From Owenia fusiformis (lineage: Eukaryota), in the NCBI GenBank assembly GCA_903813345.2, contig CAIIXF020000001.1, forward strand, positions 5,208,001-5,272,000: a stretch of DNA of 64,000 nt, in the 5' to 3' direction. Each line of letters starts with the position of its first letter. Within the stretch, counting starts at the first letter, position 1. Shown here piece by piece: positions 1 to 13,900 of this stretch. The position numbers and the translations under genes are program-made. The notes below the pieces were generated by a model, which was given only the letters and a program-made list of their open reading frames with translations, did not search any database and was not told the DNA's origin.

Positions 1-571
1 GTTTAATGTACACCTGAAAAGTTGAAGGTAACAAAAAATGAGCAAAAAAGGTCACTGTCACAGATTCTATTTTTCAAACTATATGACGTCACAATATGGG
101 ACGCTTACTAAGAATTCATCCTTTCAAATAACACTTCCATCTACTTTTATCAAAATGATAGTCAAATGTGAGTTATGAGCGTTTAAAGACGAAAAATTGT
201 TCAAAATGTAACGTGTCGACAGCGGATATTTGCCAGATTTTGGCCGGGGTAAAAAAACTCGTTTTAAAAAAAGAACGCGTAAAAATGGTATATACATTTG
301 ATTAGAATAATATCTTATATTCCGAAGAATTAAAGTTACATTCATGCAATACCCTAAAAACACAAGTGCGCCACCTTTTTGCGACGTGGCTATAGGAAAG
401 CTAGGTAGTCACCAGTGCAAAGGTTGTAGGTTAGTCCCTGAGCTGATTCTTCTAAGAGCTCTTGATAAGGAGTTTGTTGTCCGGGTGTCCGCCTCAAAAA
501 TCAACTACTGCATACCATAGTGTTCCTATATATGCTCTACACTCACTGGGTTATGGTATATTTATCCGGTA

Positions 572-1760
572 CAGGCCCGTAAGACACTTTTCTCCAAGGG
601 GGGTGCGGTTTTTACTAAAGAGAATATAAAATCGTCAATTTTTTGCCGCGTAAACCAAATCGCATAAGTCAGAGTGGGGGGGGGGGTCGGTCACTCCCCC
701 TAGAAGATTTTACAGTTTTGAGATGCTATTTGGTGCATTCTGGGCACTTTCAAAGTGTATGAGTCAATAAGAAAAATGTGATTTTTTCAAATTCTTTTGG
801 GGGTGTCAAAAAGGATGAGAGGGTGAAGTGGGGGAGCAAGGGGTCGTCCCCCAGAAACATTGACCATATCAAGGTGCAATTTGATGAGGTCTGGGCACTT
901 AAAAAATGTCTGAGACAATACATGAAATTCAGAATATTTTCTTTTGTTTTGTGGGGGATGTTAGGGGTGGCTTACTCTCATAGAAAATTTTACAATTTAA
1001 AGATGATATTTGGTACTTCTGGGCACTTTTAAAGTGTATTAGTCAATAAAAACATTGAAAAACAATCATAATTTTTTTCAAATTTTGGGGGTGTCAAAGG
1101 GGAGGGAGGGGTGCCAGAGGGGGAGGTGGAGTTGGGGTGCCAGAGGGGGAGCAAGTGTTTGTCCCCCATATCTGTCCCCCAGAAACATTTACGATATCTA
1201 GGTGCTATTCGATGAAGTCTGGGCACTTTAAAAGTGTCTGTGCCTATCAGTTCCCAAGAAAATTTTACAATTTTAAGATGCTGTTTGGTGCTTTCTGGGC
1301 ACTTTCAGAGTGTATGAGTCAATAAAAATTTGAAAAATCTTAATTTTTTTTTAATTTTTGGGGGGCAGGGGGTGTGTCAAGGGGGGATGCCAGATTTTAC
1401 GACACTATTTGGTGCTTCCTGGGCACTTTCAAAGTGTATGAGTCAATTAAAGAATTTGAGAAAATCACAACTTTTATCCAATTTTTTTTTTGGGGGGGGG
1501 TCAAGGGGGGGGGGGGCGCCAGAGGGGGAGGTGGTGTGGGGATGAAAGTGCAAGATGCAAGAGGAAAGCAAGTGTTAGTCCCCCAGAAACACTAACTGTA
1601 TCAAGGAGCTATTTGATGATGTCTGTGCACTTTAAAAGTGTCTGGGACAAAACACTGAAATAAATTTAGATTTTTTCCATTGTTTTGTGGGGGGTGTGAG
1701 GGGTGGCAAATACCCCTAGAAAATTTTACAATTTTAAGATGCTATTTGGTGCTTTCACCT
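572..1760. repeat. MITE-derived imperfect tandem repeat with G-runs
   Basis: Starts CAGGCCCGTA; ~8 recurrences of TTTGGTGC.TTCTGGGCACTTT.AAAGTGT separated by poly-G stretches. Confidence 0.65.
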
Positions 1761-2996
1761 AGAAAATGAGGATTTAGGCAAGGATGTATTGACTTAACAT
1801 GGGCTATATCCACTATGGACATATCTGGACATAGACATAGACATGGACATATCCATGGGGCCTATAATCATATTACCAAGCCATCATAGATATCTATTTG
1901 GGTTTCTGTCGCCCTGTAAATTTTATACATGCCGCATTACCTTTTTGAAGCATTAGACCGGGTTTTTATTGACCAAAACATTGGGTCATGCAGATTTTTT
2001 CTATAGCAGACGTTTGCACCCTGTGGGTACCATATAATTGACATTTTTCAAATTTTATGTTCTCTTGTTAATCTAAAGTACTTAATTCCTATCAAAACCA
2101 ATTGATATGATACTTCAAATGCAGTTCATGTGGTAGAAATATGTATATTATTAAAAGTTGTTTTTAGAAGGCAACCTTGGGTGACCCTATTTTAGAGGCA
2201 AAAGCCCCTGTTACAATCAAAACGAAATACGTATTTTTTAGAAGGGGAATTCAGTACTTTGAAATGGTATGTTCATTTTTGTGGCAGATGACGGGACAAC
2301 GAAACTACATTTTTAGGAGCAGCTCAGGCATGTCAGGGGCTATTGGTGGTTCAAATCCCATGACTAACCACTTTCTTTGTTGCCCAACTGTATTTGCGCG
2401 TACTTATTTATATGCAATATGGTTCATGTACATGAACTATTCAAATAACACTGGTGATCCGCTCGATTACGCTGGTTACCGAAACGGTTCGTTTCAGTAA
2501 CAAAATGTCGGAACGTCGAAGGTACGATTTTTCTTTTTTCTTTATTTCACGCGCTGTAGACAGAATCCTAACAGTTCTCTCACAAACGTGTATCAGCATC
2601 ATATATTTTAGAAAATTTGCAAAAAAATAGCTCAGAAGACAACAGAATCGTCGATTTGATTCCTCGATTAAGTTACATAAACGGTATGGATTAAAAGTGT
2701 AGATCTTTACCGTTTTTCGAAATACCGTTTATGTAACTTACGATACGTCAGCGTAACAAGATGGAAGAACTTCCGGGCTTCGTTTTCGGTAAGATATTTT
2801 TATTTCTCGATTCTACACCACTTATAAGTCAAGTTGTGGACAATAATTTGGCTCAAAGTTAAGGGAGATAGTCTAGTTTAAGAATATGCAGGCGGTTCTA
2901 TGTTTGGTATATTAACGACTCGGACGCAATTTACATATTTAGCCCCTCGCTTTTGTTACGTTGACGATCTTCATGAATATTGTCACATTGGCAATA

Positions 2997-3648
2997 TTCA
3001 TTTGACACCAAAAACACCTCAAACAGATCACATCAGAGTTGACACTAGATCATGAAAATATATTTTCGATCTATTAATTTATATATTTCAGGTTTTTAGC
3101 AATGCCATTGAAAGATGGCATTGTTGTTTGCATTAATTATCCATTCATTTTTGATAGGATTTTCAACCATGCGCCATCTTTTAATCCAAGAGTTATTTAA
3201 AACATACACTTTGTGAAAAGTGGTAATTCACTTCTTTTGATCTCTGAACTTCAAATGCTTTCTATGCAAGTAATTTTTCTTTCACTTCAGTATTAACCCA
3301 AATTAAAGTTTTATCATATTTGATTGAGTGTGTGAGTAACATGTCTCAAATAATGTTTTGTCCCTTTTCCTTCAAAAATAAGGTCTAAATAAAGTCTCAC
3401 TTTTGATCTTCATAGTATTTCCAATGGAAATACAATGCAAGTACCTGATCTTTCATTTGACACCAAAAACATTTCAAACAGATCACATCAGAGTTGACAC
3501 TAGATCATGAAATATATTTTCGATCCATCAATTTATATATTTCAAGTTTTTAGCAATGCCATTGAAAGATGGCATTGTTGTTTGCATTAATTATCCATTC
3601 ATTTTTGATAGGATTTTCAACCATAGGCCATCTTTTAATCCAAGAGTT
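2997..3648. repeat. Local direct duplication (~200 bp, offset ~455)
   Basis: TTCATTTGACACCAAAAAC...TTTTAATCCAAGAGTTA at 2997-3194 and 3452-3649. Confidence 0.85.
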
Positions 3649-4808
3649 AAATTATAAACGGTTATGTGGCTGACAAGCAAAATAATGTTCAGTGATATTA
3701 AATCTACCAATACAATATATTTAGAACAGTGGAGCTTCAACAGGAGGAAGTTGTTGAAATTTTTTCAATTAATTTAGTACTAAAGGTGTTGATCCATAGA
3801 CGCATAGCAAAGAACTGAAGTATATACATTTAGATGCACTTTTTAGCCACTAAAGCAATGACGTAAGCAGACAGCATGTACACACATGGAAATACAAATG
3901 CAAGAAAGTGATACAGTATCGGTGTTTATTGTTATAATTTGAAATAAAGAAATACAATATATAAAAAAAAGAATCAGATCTAGCAAGCGGGCCAACAAAA
4001 TAAATTTTATAATATTTCTGGCTCATGGCATTCCTTGTCATGCCTATTTTCTAAACATCGCCATAGTACACACTTTTTTCAGGATGGTTACCATTCTTAT
4101 TTTTTAGGAGAATTTAAACATTTTCACCCATTTTTGAACTTTGAATCCATAATAACTTCACCAATTTAGAACAGATAGTGAATCTTTTGGGAGATTGTAT
4201 TTGAGCTTTGAAAGAATAGATTAATAGGTCAATTGCACATGTCGTTTGTAATTTTTTGACCCCTATAGATCTGATTCTGCCTTTAATCACATAGGTTATT
4301 GTGTCATTTAAAAATTCTCCATTGGTTTACTGGGTTTTCCCAGAAGAATCTTATGACCATATGTGGTATCCCTTATTAAAATATTGATATAAACAAAGTA
4401 CTGCACATGTATCTCTCAACATTCATTAACATTTAGCCTACATGCAAGTAAATTTTTACAAAGAATAAATTCAGCCAGGTGGTCTGGAATATTTGATCAG
4501 ATTTCTTGCCCCTAGGCTGGGGAAATTGACACATTTATTTGGCCCGCATGGGGAGGAGGTCTCAAGCGAACTTTTGAATGGTGCATTACATCCTCTGACC
4601 ACTGCACTCCAAGATCTAGAATTAATCCTCTTAAGTGAAACAAGTTCTGTAGCCCTGTGTTAGAGGCTGTAGCGGCCTTTGAATCCACTTTTATGCATAT
4701 TTGAAGAATAGAATCATGGGACAAGGTGTACAACCAAGCCACTGATGATAAGCCAGAAAATGTTTTGTTTTCAACACTACCAAGAGTTCCTTGAACCTTC
4801 ATTATTTG

Positions 4809-4958
4809 CTATCCTGTGCCATTTTGATTATTTAGTATTTCCGCAACAGAAAACTTATAAAGTTCAGCATTTATCTTTTTAATTCTTTCAAGTTCTTTTC
4901 TGAGTTCTATGATTTCACTTCCATTTGTTGTTTTCCCTCTCTCAGTAGATACATCATC
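4809..4958 (-). CDS. WDR18: WDR18 last coding exon (DDVSTERG...ELRKELERIKKINAELYKFSVAEILNNQNGTG*)
   Basis: ccccag acceptor, TAG stop at 4809-4811, WDR18-type C-terminal coiled coil. AATAAA on the minus strand at ~4534-4539. Confidence 0.88.
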   Translation of the reverse strand, partial: DDVSTERGKTTNGSEIIELRKELERIKKINAELYKFSVAEILNNQNGTG

Positions 4959-7900
4959 CTGGGGAGCAAAATAAATCAATGATTAGTCTTCTCTTTTTGT
5001 CATCTTTTAAGAATGTAGTGCACATGTACTTTTATGATTGAATATCATGCCATGAAATATTATATGAATATTTAATTCTATTGAGGTGAATACCTGTGCA
5101 TCTTTCACAAGTAATGTTTCACAAAGAACATAGGGCTAGTGGAATATCATCTTGTGGATGTGTCACAGGTATTTACCGAAAATATATACCAAATATTCCA
5201 TTCTATTGAGGTGAATACATGTTCTCTTTCCCTCAGTATATTTCCCGCAACCCGATGGGCTGCGGGAAATATACCTGTAAGACATTGATTTTAATAAAAA
5301 ATAAATAAATAAAAAAAAGACATAATACAAAAATTATGTATAGTGCCCTAACATTGCTTGTTTGGTTTGAAGCATATCTGGAGGTGAACATTGTTGATCT
5401 TCTTGAAGCTAAAAATTGTGCATGCAAGACTCATAATCTCCATTTTGACATTGTATAATATATAATGATATACATTAAATGTTTACCTTGTCATTCATTG
5501 CCACCATATACTCTTCTATTAATGATGTGTCATCATCATTGCACTGGGAGTCCTGTAATAAAATAAATATCTTAATAACATATAAAACTAATAAATTATT
5601 GAAAAACAGCAACTCCACGGATAGTGGAGAATTAGAAACATATTTTGATCATTTGTGGCCATCTTGAAAATTCTTTCTTGAGCAGAGCTTGTTTGTCCCT
5701 AGGCATCAACATATAAAATTTGAACAAAATTCATTCAGTGCTATTTGAGTTTAGGCCATTCCCCTCCATACATTTACAATCATATGAAGTGCAACTGCAA
5801 TAAACATACTTACTTGCTGATTTGCATTTTTTTATTATTTTTGTTTACACCATGTTAAATTCTCAATGAAATTTTGTTTTCTAGCTTTAAAAATTAAATC
5901 AATTGAAGAAGAAATTATTGAATCACAAATTCATTTGGGACAGAGGCATTCCATTCGCAACATATTGCTGTTTTGTTGACAAAATTTTCTTATGCAAATT
6001 ATAGCAAAAATGCTCATTTTTAATGCATTACATAGACTTTAATTCAGTATGTCTCATTGTTTGTCTATGCAACATGAACTGCCTTCTGATAGCAGAGTTT
6101 TGTAAGATATTTTGCTACAAATTGTCCATTTAAACTCATTTTTGTAAGATTTTCTCCATAATCATATGTATGCAGGTAGCCCAAGAACTCTGATGTGTTT
6201 TTTTGATGACATAAGCTTAAGCTGAACAGTAAAACATACATATTTCTACATTGGAGATAATACTATATGTATGCTTATGGTGTAGAGAAAGTCTGTTAAG
6301 ACCCAGTGTCTTGATACCTTCCATACCTCTATGTTCCCCTGTATTCTGACTGGTATAGTGTGTCTAATGCTGGGTTCAGGAATAAAGAGCTGTCTTTTAA
6401 AGGGCTGCACAGGTAGGTTGGGCTTAGCATCCCCAAGTAAGGCGCCAGGTGTAGGTACTATCAGTGCATTCACAATTGGTCCTAAAACATACAACCCATC
6501 ATCAATGTCATGCAATTATCTAAATAGTGACCTAATAAGTGCCATAGTTTGCTCAAATAGGTTTTTATCCATGAGACTTAAATTCTTAAACGACTAGTCT
6601 CGATTTGGAGAATGAAGTTCATCAGTCTACTACATGTTACATTTTCCATTCAGGTATGGTCTAGTGATTGTCCAAAAATTTTAAAAAAGCAATTTTCTGA
6701 AATTGATATTTCTGTCTTAGCCATTATTTGAGCCATCTCTGGATTGCTTTCCTACATATTATCAATAGTATGTCAAATCTACTCATTTTATCAATAATCT
6801 TGTCAAATATGAAAAAGTGACTGCTTAGGAAAATTCTAATGTTTCATGCATTGAACTCTCTATCTGCACAAGAAATCATGAAAATTCCTTCAAAATTGAG
6901 ATACAATTGAGGGGTAACATTTCTGGGGTCATACTGTACAGGGAATTCATTTGAAGCCCCTCCCCTAGAAATGAATGAATATGAATCGTTCAATAATAAG
7001 AAGTTTTTGAGATAAAATAAAGCCCTGATATTTTGAGAAGTATATACAAAATATGTATATTCATTCACCAGAAAGAGAGGATTAGTATTGCGCAAGTTTC
7101 AAATCAAGTGTCCAAAAAAAGTTAAATTAAAATGTATGATCTTGCCTCCAGATTTCAGGATATCTATTTAGTAAAAGATTCACCAAAACTGTCCTTATAC
7201 AGGAAATCAAATTGTCTAACTTTTTCAAATTCAATTTTGCTTTCATTACACTGTACATATTATACAAATAAGAATTCAAACATAAGGATGCTTAAACATT
7301 CCAATGGGGGAGTTACGGTTGCCAAACTTTTGGAGGGGGTGTAAATTGTATGTATGAAAAATACAAAAGTGGTTTTATGTGATCAAATATTGTTTTTAAG
7401 AAAAATGGCAGCCATTTTGGATTTCAGCCGCCATCTTGGAAATTATTTCTTGAACAAATTTTTTTCCCAGGGCATACTCATATACAATTTGAACCAATAA
7501 AGGAGTTTCTAAATAGCTTTGAAATCTCGCTAATTCTCGTTTTTACATGAGATTTTAAGAGATTTGCACTTTTTTCCTCTAATGAATTACTTTTCTTTAT
7601 TTTTGATAGCATATTTGGATTCAGTGACAAATTTTCTCCAATTATAGCTTTGATTTAAACAGTTGTGTCATTAAAATCACTTTCCATGACATTTTTAAAA
7701 AACTTGGGCCAAATCTCCATTGGTGCAATGCTGAAATTCATTAAAACCTTGGTTTTTTCGTATGACAACCAATATTTTCATGGTTAATCACAATATGTAC
7801 ATGGACAGGGTCATCCAATAGTATGCCATTCAAATTTCAAACAGATTCAACCAACACTCTTTGATAAATCATGAAATTAAGTGACTGTTGCAAGACTCTA

Positions 7901-10900
7901 ACATTGGAGTGAGTGGAGGTCTGGCCCTAGAAAATCAAAGACAAGCAAGGGTGACATCTATTATGTCAGCACTTTTCAGCTATTTCAAAACTATACTATT
8001 CCATTCACTGGTATCTGAGTTATCAAAGATTACATTTTTTTTCGAAAACTGGCTGTATGTCCCAGATCTCTTACCTTAATATGGTATGGTTCTGATGTAC
8101 TGTTTGCTAAGTATGTCTCAGATCTCTTACCTTAATGTGGTATGGTTCTGATGTACTGTTTGCTAAGTATGTCCCAGATCTCATACCTTAATGTGGTATG
8201 GTTCTGATGTACTGTTTGCTAAGTATGTCCCAGATCGCTTACCTTAATGTGGTATGGTTCTGATGTACTGTTTGCTAAGTATGTCCCACATCTCTTACCT
8301 TAATGTGGTATGGTTCTGATGTACTGTTTGCTAAGTATGTCCCAGATCTCTTACCTTAATGTGGTATGGTTCTGATGTACTGTTTGCTAAGTATGTCCCA
8401 GATCTCTTACCTTAATGTGGTATGGTTCTGATGTACTGTTTGCTAAGTATGTCCCAGATCTCTTACCTTAATATGGTATGGTTCTGATGTACTGTTTGCT
8501 AAGTATGTCCCAGATCTCTTACCTTAATATGGTATGGTTCTGATGTACTGTTTGCTAAGTATGTCCCAGATCTCTTACCTTAATATGGTATGGTTCTGAT
8601 GTACTGTTTGCTAAGTATGTCCCAGATCTCTTACCTTAATATGGTATGGTTCTGATGTACTGTTTGCTAAGTATGTCCCAGATCTCTTACCTTAATGTGG
8701 TATGGTTCTGATGTACTGTTTGCTAAGTATGTCCCAGATCTCTTACCTCTTGGTATGGTTCTGATGTACTGTTTGCTAAGTATGTCCCAGATCGCTTACC
8801 TTAATGTGGTATGGTTCTGATGTACTGTTTGCTAAGTATGTCCCAGATCTCTTACCTTAATATGGTATGGTTCTGATGTACTGTTTGCTAAGTATGTCCC
8901 AGATCGCTTACCTTAATGTGGTATGGTTCTGATGTACTGTTTGCTAAGTATGTCCCAGATCTCTTACCTTAATGTGGTATGGTTCTGATGTACTGTTTGC
9001 TAAGTATGTCCCAGATCTCTTACCTTAATGTGGTATGGTTCTGATGTACTGTTTGCTAAGTATGTCCAAGATCTCTTACGTTAATGTGGTATGGTTCTGA
9101 TGTACTGTTTGCTAAGTATGTCCCAGATCTCTTACCTTAATGTGGTATGGTTCTGATGTACTGTTTGCTAAGTATGTCCCAGATCTCTTACCTTAATGTG
9201 GTATGGTTCTGATGTACTGTTTGCTAAGTATGTCCCAGATCTCTTACCTTAATGTGGTATGGTTCTGATGTACTGTTTGCTAAGTATGTCCCAGATCTCT
9301 TACCTTAATGTGGTATGGTTCTGATGTACTGTTTGCTAAGTATGTCCCAGATCGCTTACCTTAATATGGTATGGTTCTGATGTACTGTTTGCTAAGTATG
9401 TCCCAGATCTCTTACCTTAATGTGGTATGGTTCTGATGTACTGTTTGCTAAGTATGTCCCAGATCTCTTACCTTAATGTGGTATGGTTCTGATGTACTGT
9501 TTGCTAAGTATGTCCCAGATCGCTTACCTTAATGTGGTATGGTTCTGATGTACTGTTTGCTAAGTATGTCCCAGATCTCTTACCTTAATGTGGTATGGTT
9601 CTGATGTACTGTTTACTAAGTATGTCCCAGATCGCTTACCTTAATATGGTATGGTTCTGATGTACTGTTTGCTAAGTATGTCCAAGATCGCTTACCTTAA
9701 TATGGTATGGTTCTGATGTACTGTTTGCTAAGTATGTCCCAGATCGCTTACCTTAATATGGTATGGTTCTGATGTACTGTTTGTTAAGTATGTCCCAGAT
9801 CTCTTACCTTAATGTGGTATGGTTCTGATGTACTGTTTGCTAAGTATGTCCCAGATCGCTTACCTTAATGTGGTATGGTTCTGATGTACTGTTTGCTAAG
9901 TATGTCCCAGATCTCTTACCTTAATGTGGTATGGTTCTGATGTACTGTTTGCTAAGTATGTCCCAGATCTCTTACCTTAATGTGGTATGGTTCTGATGTA
10001 CTGTTTGCTAAGTATGTCCCAGATCGCTTACCTTAATGTGGTATGGTTCTGTTGTACTGTTTGCTAAGTATGTCCCAGATCGCTTACCTTAATGTGGTAT
10101 GGTTCTGATGTACTGTTTGCTAAGTATGTCCCAGATCGCTTACCTTAATGTGGTATGGTTCTGATGTACTGTTTGCTAAGTATGTCCCAGATCTCTTACC
10201 TTAATATGGTATGGTTCTGATGTACTGTTTGCTAAGTATGTCCCAGATCTCTTACCTTAATGTGGTATGGTTCTGATGTACTGTTTGCTAAGTATGTCCC
10301 AGATCGCTTACCTTAATGTGGTATGGTTCTGATGTACTGTTTGCTAAGTATGTCCCAGATCGCTTACCTTAATGTGGTATGGTTCTGATGGATTGTTTAC
10401 TAAGTATGTCCCAGATCTCTTACCTTAATGTGGTATGGTTCTGATGTACTGTTTGCTAAGTATGTCCCAGATCTCTTACCTTAATGTGGTATGGTTCTGA
10501 TGTACTGTTTGCTAAGTATGTCCCAGATCTCTTACCTTAATGTGGTATGGTTCTGATGTACTGTTTACTAAGTATGTCCCAGATCTCTTACCTTAATGTG
10601 GTATGGTTCTGATGTACTGTTTACTAAGTATGTCCCAGATCTCTTACCTTAATGTGGTATGGTTCTGATGTACTGTTTGCTAAGTATGTCCCAGATCTCT
10701 TACCTCTTGGTATGGTTCTGATGTACTGTTTGCTAAGTATGTCCCAGATCGCTTACCTTAATGTGGTATGGTTCTGATGTACTGTTTGCTAAGTATGTCC
10801 CAGATCGCTTACCTTAATGTGGTATGGTTCTGATGTACTGTTTGCTAAGTATGTCCCAGATCGCTTACCTTAATGTGGTATGGTTCTGATGTACTGTTTG

Positions 10901-13900
10901 CTAAGTATGTCCCAGATCGCTTACCTTAATGTGGTATGGTTCTGATGTACTGTTTGCTAAGTATGTCCCAGATCGCTTACCTTAATGTGGTATGGTTCTG
11001 ATGTACTGTTTGCTAAGTATGTCCCAGATCTCTTACCTTAATATGGTATGGTTCTGATGTACTGTTTGCTAAGTATGTCCCAGATCTCTTACCTCTTGGT
11101 ATGGATCTGGTGTTTTATTTGCTAAGTATGTCCAAGATCTCTTACCTTTATGTGGTATGGTTCTGATGCATTGCTTGCTTGATATATCCCAAATCTTGAC
11201 ATTCCCATCTTGTGAACCTGATACCAGCAGACTGCCATCTAGGGAGATATCAAGGCATGATACTTCTTTACTGAAATAAATGAAGTTTGCTATTTAGACA
11301 ATATTCATGATCAAATGATTTTACGCTTTTCAAACTCTTTTGTCCATAGCTAACTCTCATATTAACCCTTAAACAGAGAGGAGGATCTGCCCCCTAAAGA
11401 ATTTTTTTGATAACTTTTTTCGTTATTTGTCCTTTAATCAGAAACTTTCTGACTTCTCTTAAAACTGAACTGGGCATGTTTTAAAGAAAGAATTGTAACT
11501 TTAATCATTCCCCTTGGAGGAAAGTTAGAGCTGGTCAAAGTTACTGTAATACCAAACTTGTCAGCAGTTTTTACTTGAAACGATAAACCCCCGTGTAAAT
11601 TAAACTAGAAATCGGTAACACCAAGATATAGCAAATCCCAACGAACACTATATATTCATGAATCTGTATATGTCACAATATAATTATTTCATGGATGGAT
11701 GGAGGGCTTCACTATATCCCCACCAAACTTTGTTCATTGGGATAATAAACCTACCCAATAAATATGACTGACACAGACCTGGATATTGTCCAACTTACAG
11801 TCTAACATACCTGTGTCTATTGAAACTGATGTAGTCACCATCGCTTTGGTTGTGCCTTTTAAAGTGAACTGGCTGAAACAGTCAGATGTAAAACTTTAAA
11901 ATTAGTTAAGTGTTCAAACAGACATGCTTCCCCTTAATTAGGTATTTGTACTTGAATTTTTTTCAATTCTTACATACATGTATTGGTATGCATCGTCTTT
12001 GATGCCTATATTCTTCATTTATCATGGTTTGAGCTATCAGAAGAAGGATATGATATTAATCTTTAATGGTATTTTTAAATGATTTGAGTAGAAATATAAC
12101 ATTTGAATCAATTTCAACCACTGTAATTTGATTTATCAAAGATAACATCTTTTTAAAATGGCAGCCATTTTGAATTTCAGCTGTGATCTTGAAAATTTTC
12201 TCTCAAGAAGACTTCCTTTGTCTATAGGCATAAGCATATAAAATTTGAACCAAATCCATCCACTGATATTTAAATTATCAAAGATTACATTTTTAAATGA
12301 AAAATGGCAACAATTTTGAAATTTTGCCGCCATCTTGAAAATTACTTCTTCAGCAGAGCTTGTTTCATATAAAATTTGAACCATATGCATCCACTGGCTT
12401 TTGAGTTACACCCTATACTTAGTGAGCGGACCTAATTTCAAGGGTGATGGTAAAGACGAGGCAGGGCGCCCAAACCTAACTGTAGCAGACCAGCAGTAAG
12501 TTTATTTCTCTAAGTTCTACTCTTTATTGGCCTTGTGCTGGCCTGTAACTAGGTGCACTGATGCTTCAGATGCCTATAATTAGATTCGTAATGAAAGAAA
12601 GATTCATACTTATATGTGAAACGGATACGAAGTGATGTGAAAAGAAAAATTAATTTTCTGCATATTTTTTTTTCGATTATTTTCAAAATAATGATACTTC
12701 TCCTGCATAGAATTCCTTGATATTGCATGTAATTATTGTTGATGAACGTATTTATATCGTAAACCCATCCATTTCCCAATTTGAGCCGTAATTGCAGTCA
12801 AATCATAAAAAACACCCTACAAATAAAATGAAAATTCGAAAAATCGTTAATGTCTGCCATGTTAACAACCTCTCACTACATCTGTCATGGTAACAACCTC
12901 TGACTACATCTGTTATGTTAACAATCAATAACTACATCTGCCATGTTAAAAATCTCTGACTACATCTGCCATGTTAACAACCTCTGACTACATCTGTCAT
13001 GGTAACAACCTCTGACTACATCTGTTATGTTAACAACCAATAACTACATCTGCCATGTTAAAAACCTCTGACTTCATCTGCCATGTTAACAACCTCTCAC
13101 TACATCTGTCATGGTAACAACCTCTGACTACAACTGTTATGTTAACAACCTCTAACTACATCTGCCATGGTAACAACCTCTGACTGCATCTGCAGTGTTA
13201 ACAACCTCTGATTACATCTGCCATGTTAACAACCTCTCACTTCATCTGTCATATTAACAACCTCTGACTATATCTGTCATGTTAACAATCTCTGACTACA
13301 TCTGCAGTGTTAACAACCTCTGATTACATCTGCCATGTTAACAACCTCTCACTTCATCTGTCATATTAACAATCTCTGACTATATCTGTCATGTTAACAA
13401 TCTCTGACTACATCTGCAGTGTTAACAACCTCTGATTGCATCTGCCATGTTAACAACCTCTCACTTCATCTGTCATATTAACAACCTCTGACTACATCTG
13501 TCATGTTAACAATCTCTGACTACATCTGTCATATTAACAACCTCTGACTACATCTGTCATGACTCTATCTGCCATGTCAACAGCATCTGACTACACTTGT
13601 CATGTATATAAAGTCTGACTTCATTTATTATGTTAACAATTTCTGAATACACCTGCCATGTTAACAACCTTTGACATCAACAATCTCTGACTACATCTGT
13701 CATGCGTCTGATTTTTTATGACTTTGTCAACATTTGTTAAAAAAAGTGTGGGCCAGTTACCATTTCTACAATTTTAAGATTCTTTTAAGTTATTCTATTT
13801 ATTCGTTCAACAACCAACACTTTTTGATAAATCATAAAATCAAGTGACTACATGTTTTGCAAGTTTTTACCATTGATTGAAGCCTATGACAACCTTGCCC

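Noticed and set aside
778-1595. Gly-rich short ORFs
   Set aside because: Products of poly-G runs in a MITE-derived repeat.
6530-6830. Coding-looking segment in WDR18 intron 8
   Set aside because: Multiple stops in the frames I read, no recognisable motif, and not needed for the WDR18 reading frame.
8055-11170. CRISPR-like array
   Set aside because: Units are contiguous near-identical 56-mers with no unique spacers, there are no cas genes, and the context is a eukaryotic intron.
12136-12390. Similar ORFs with KMAA motifs (also 15081-15299)
   Set aside because: Translation of the recurrent AAAATGGCGGC motif in a dispersed non-coding repeat, not a protein family.
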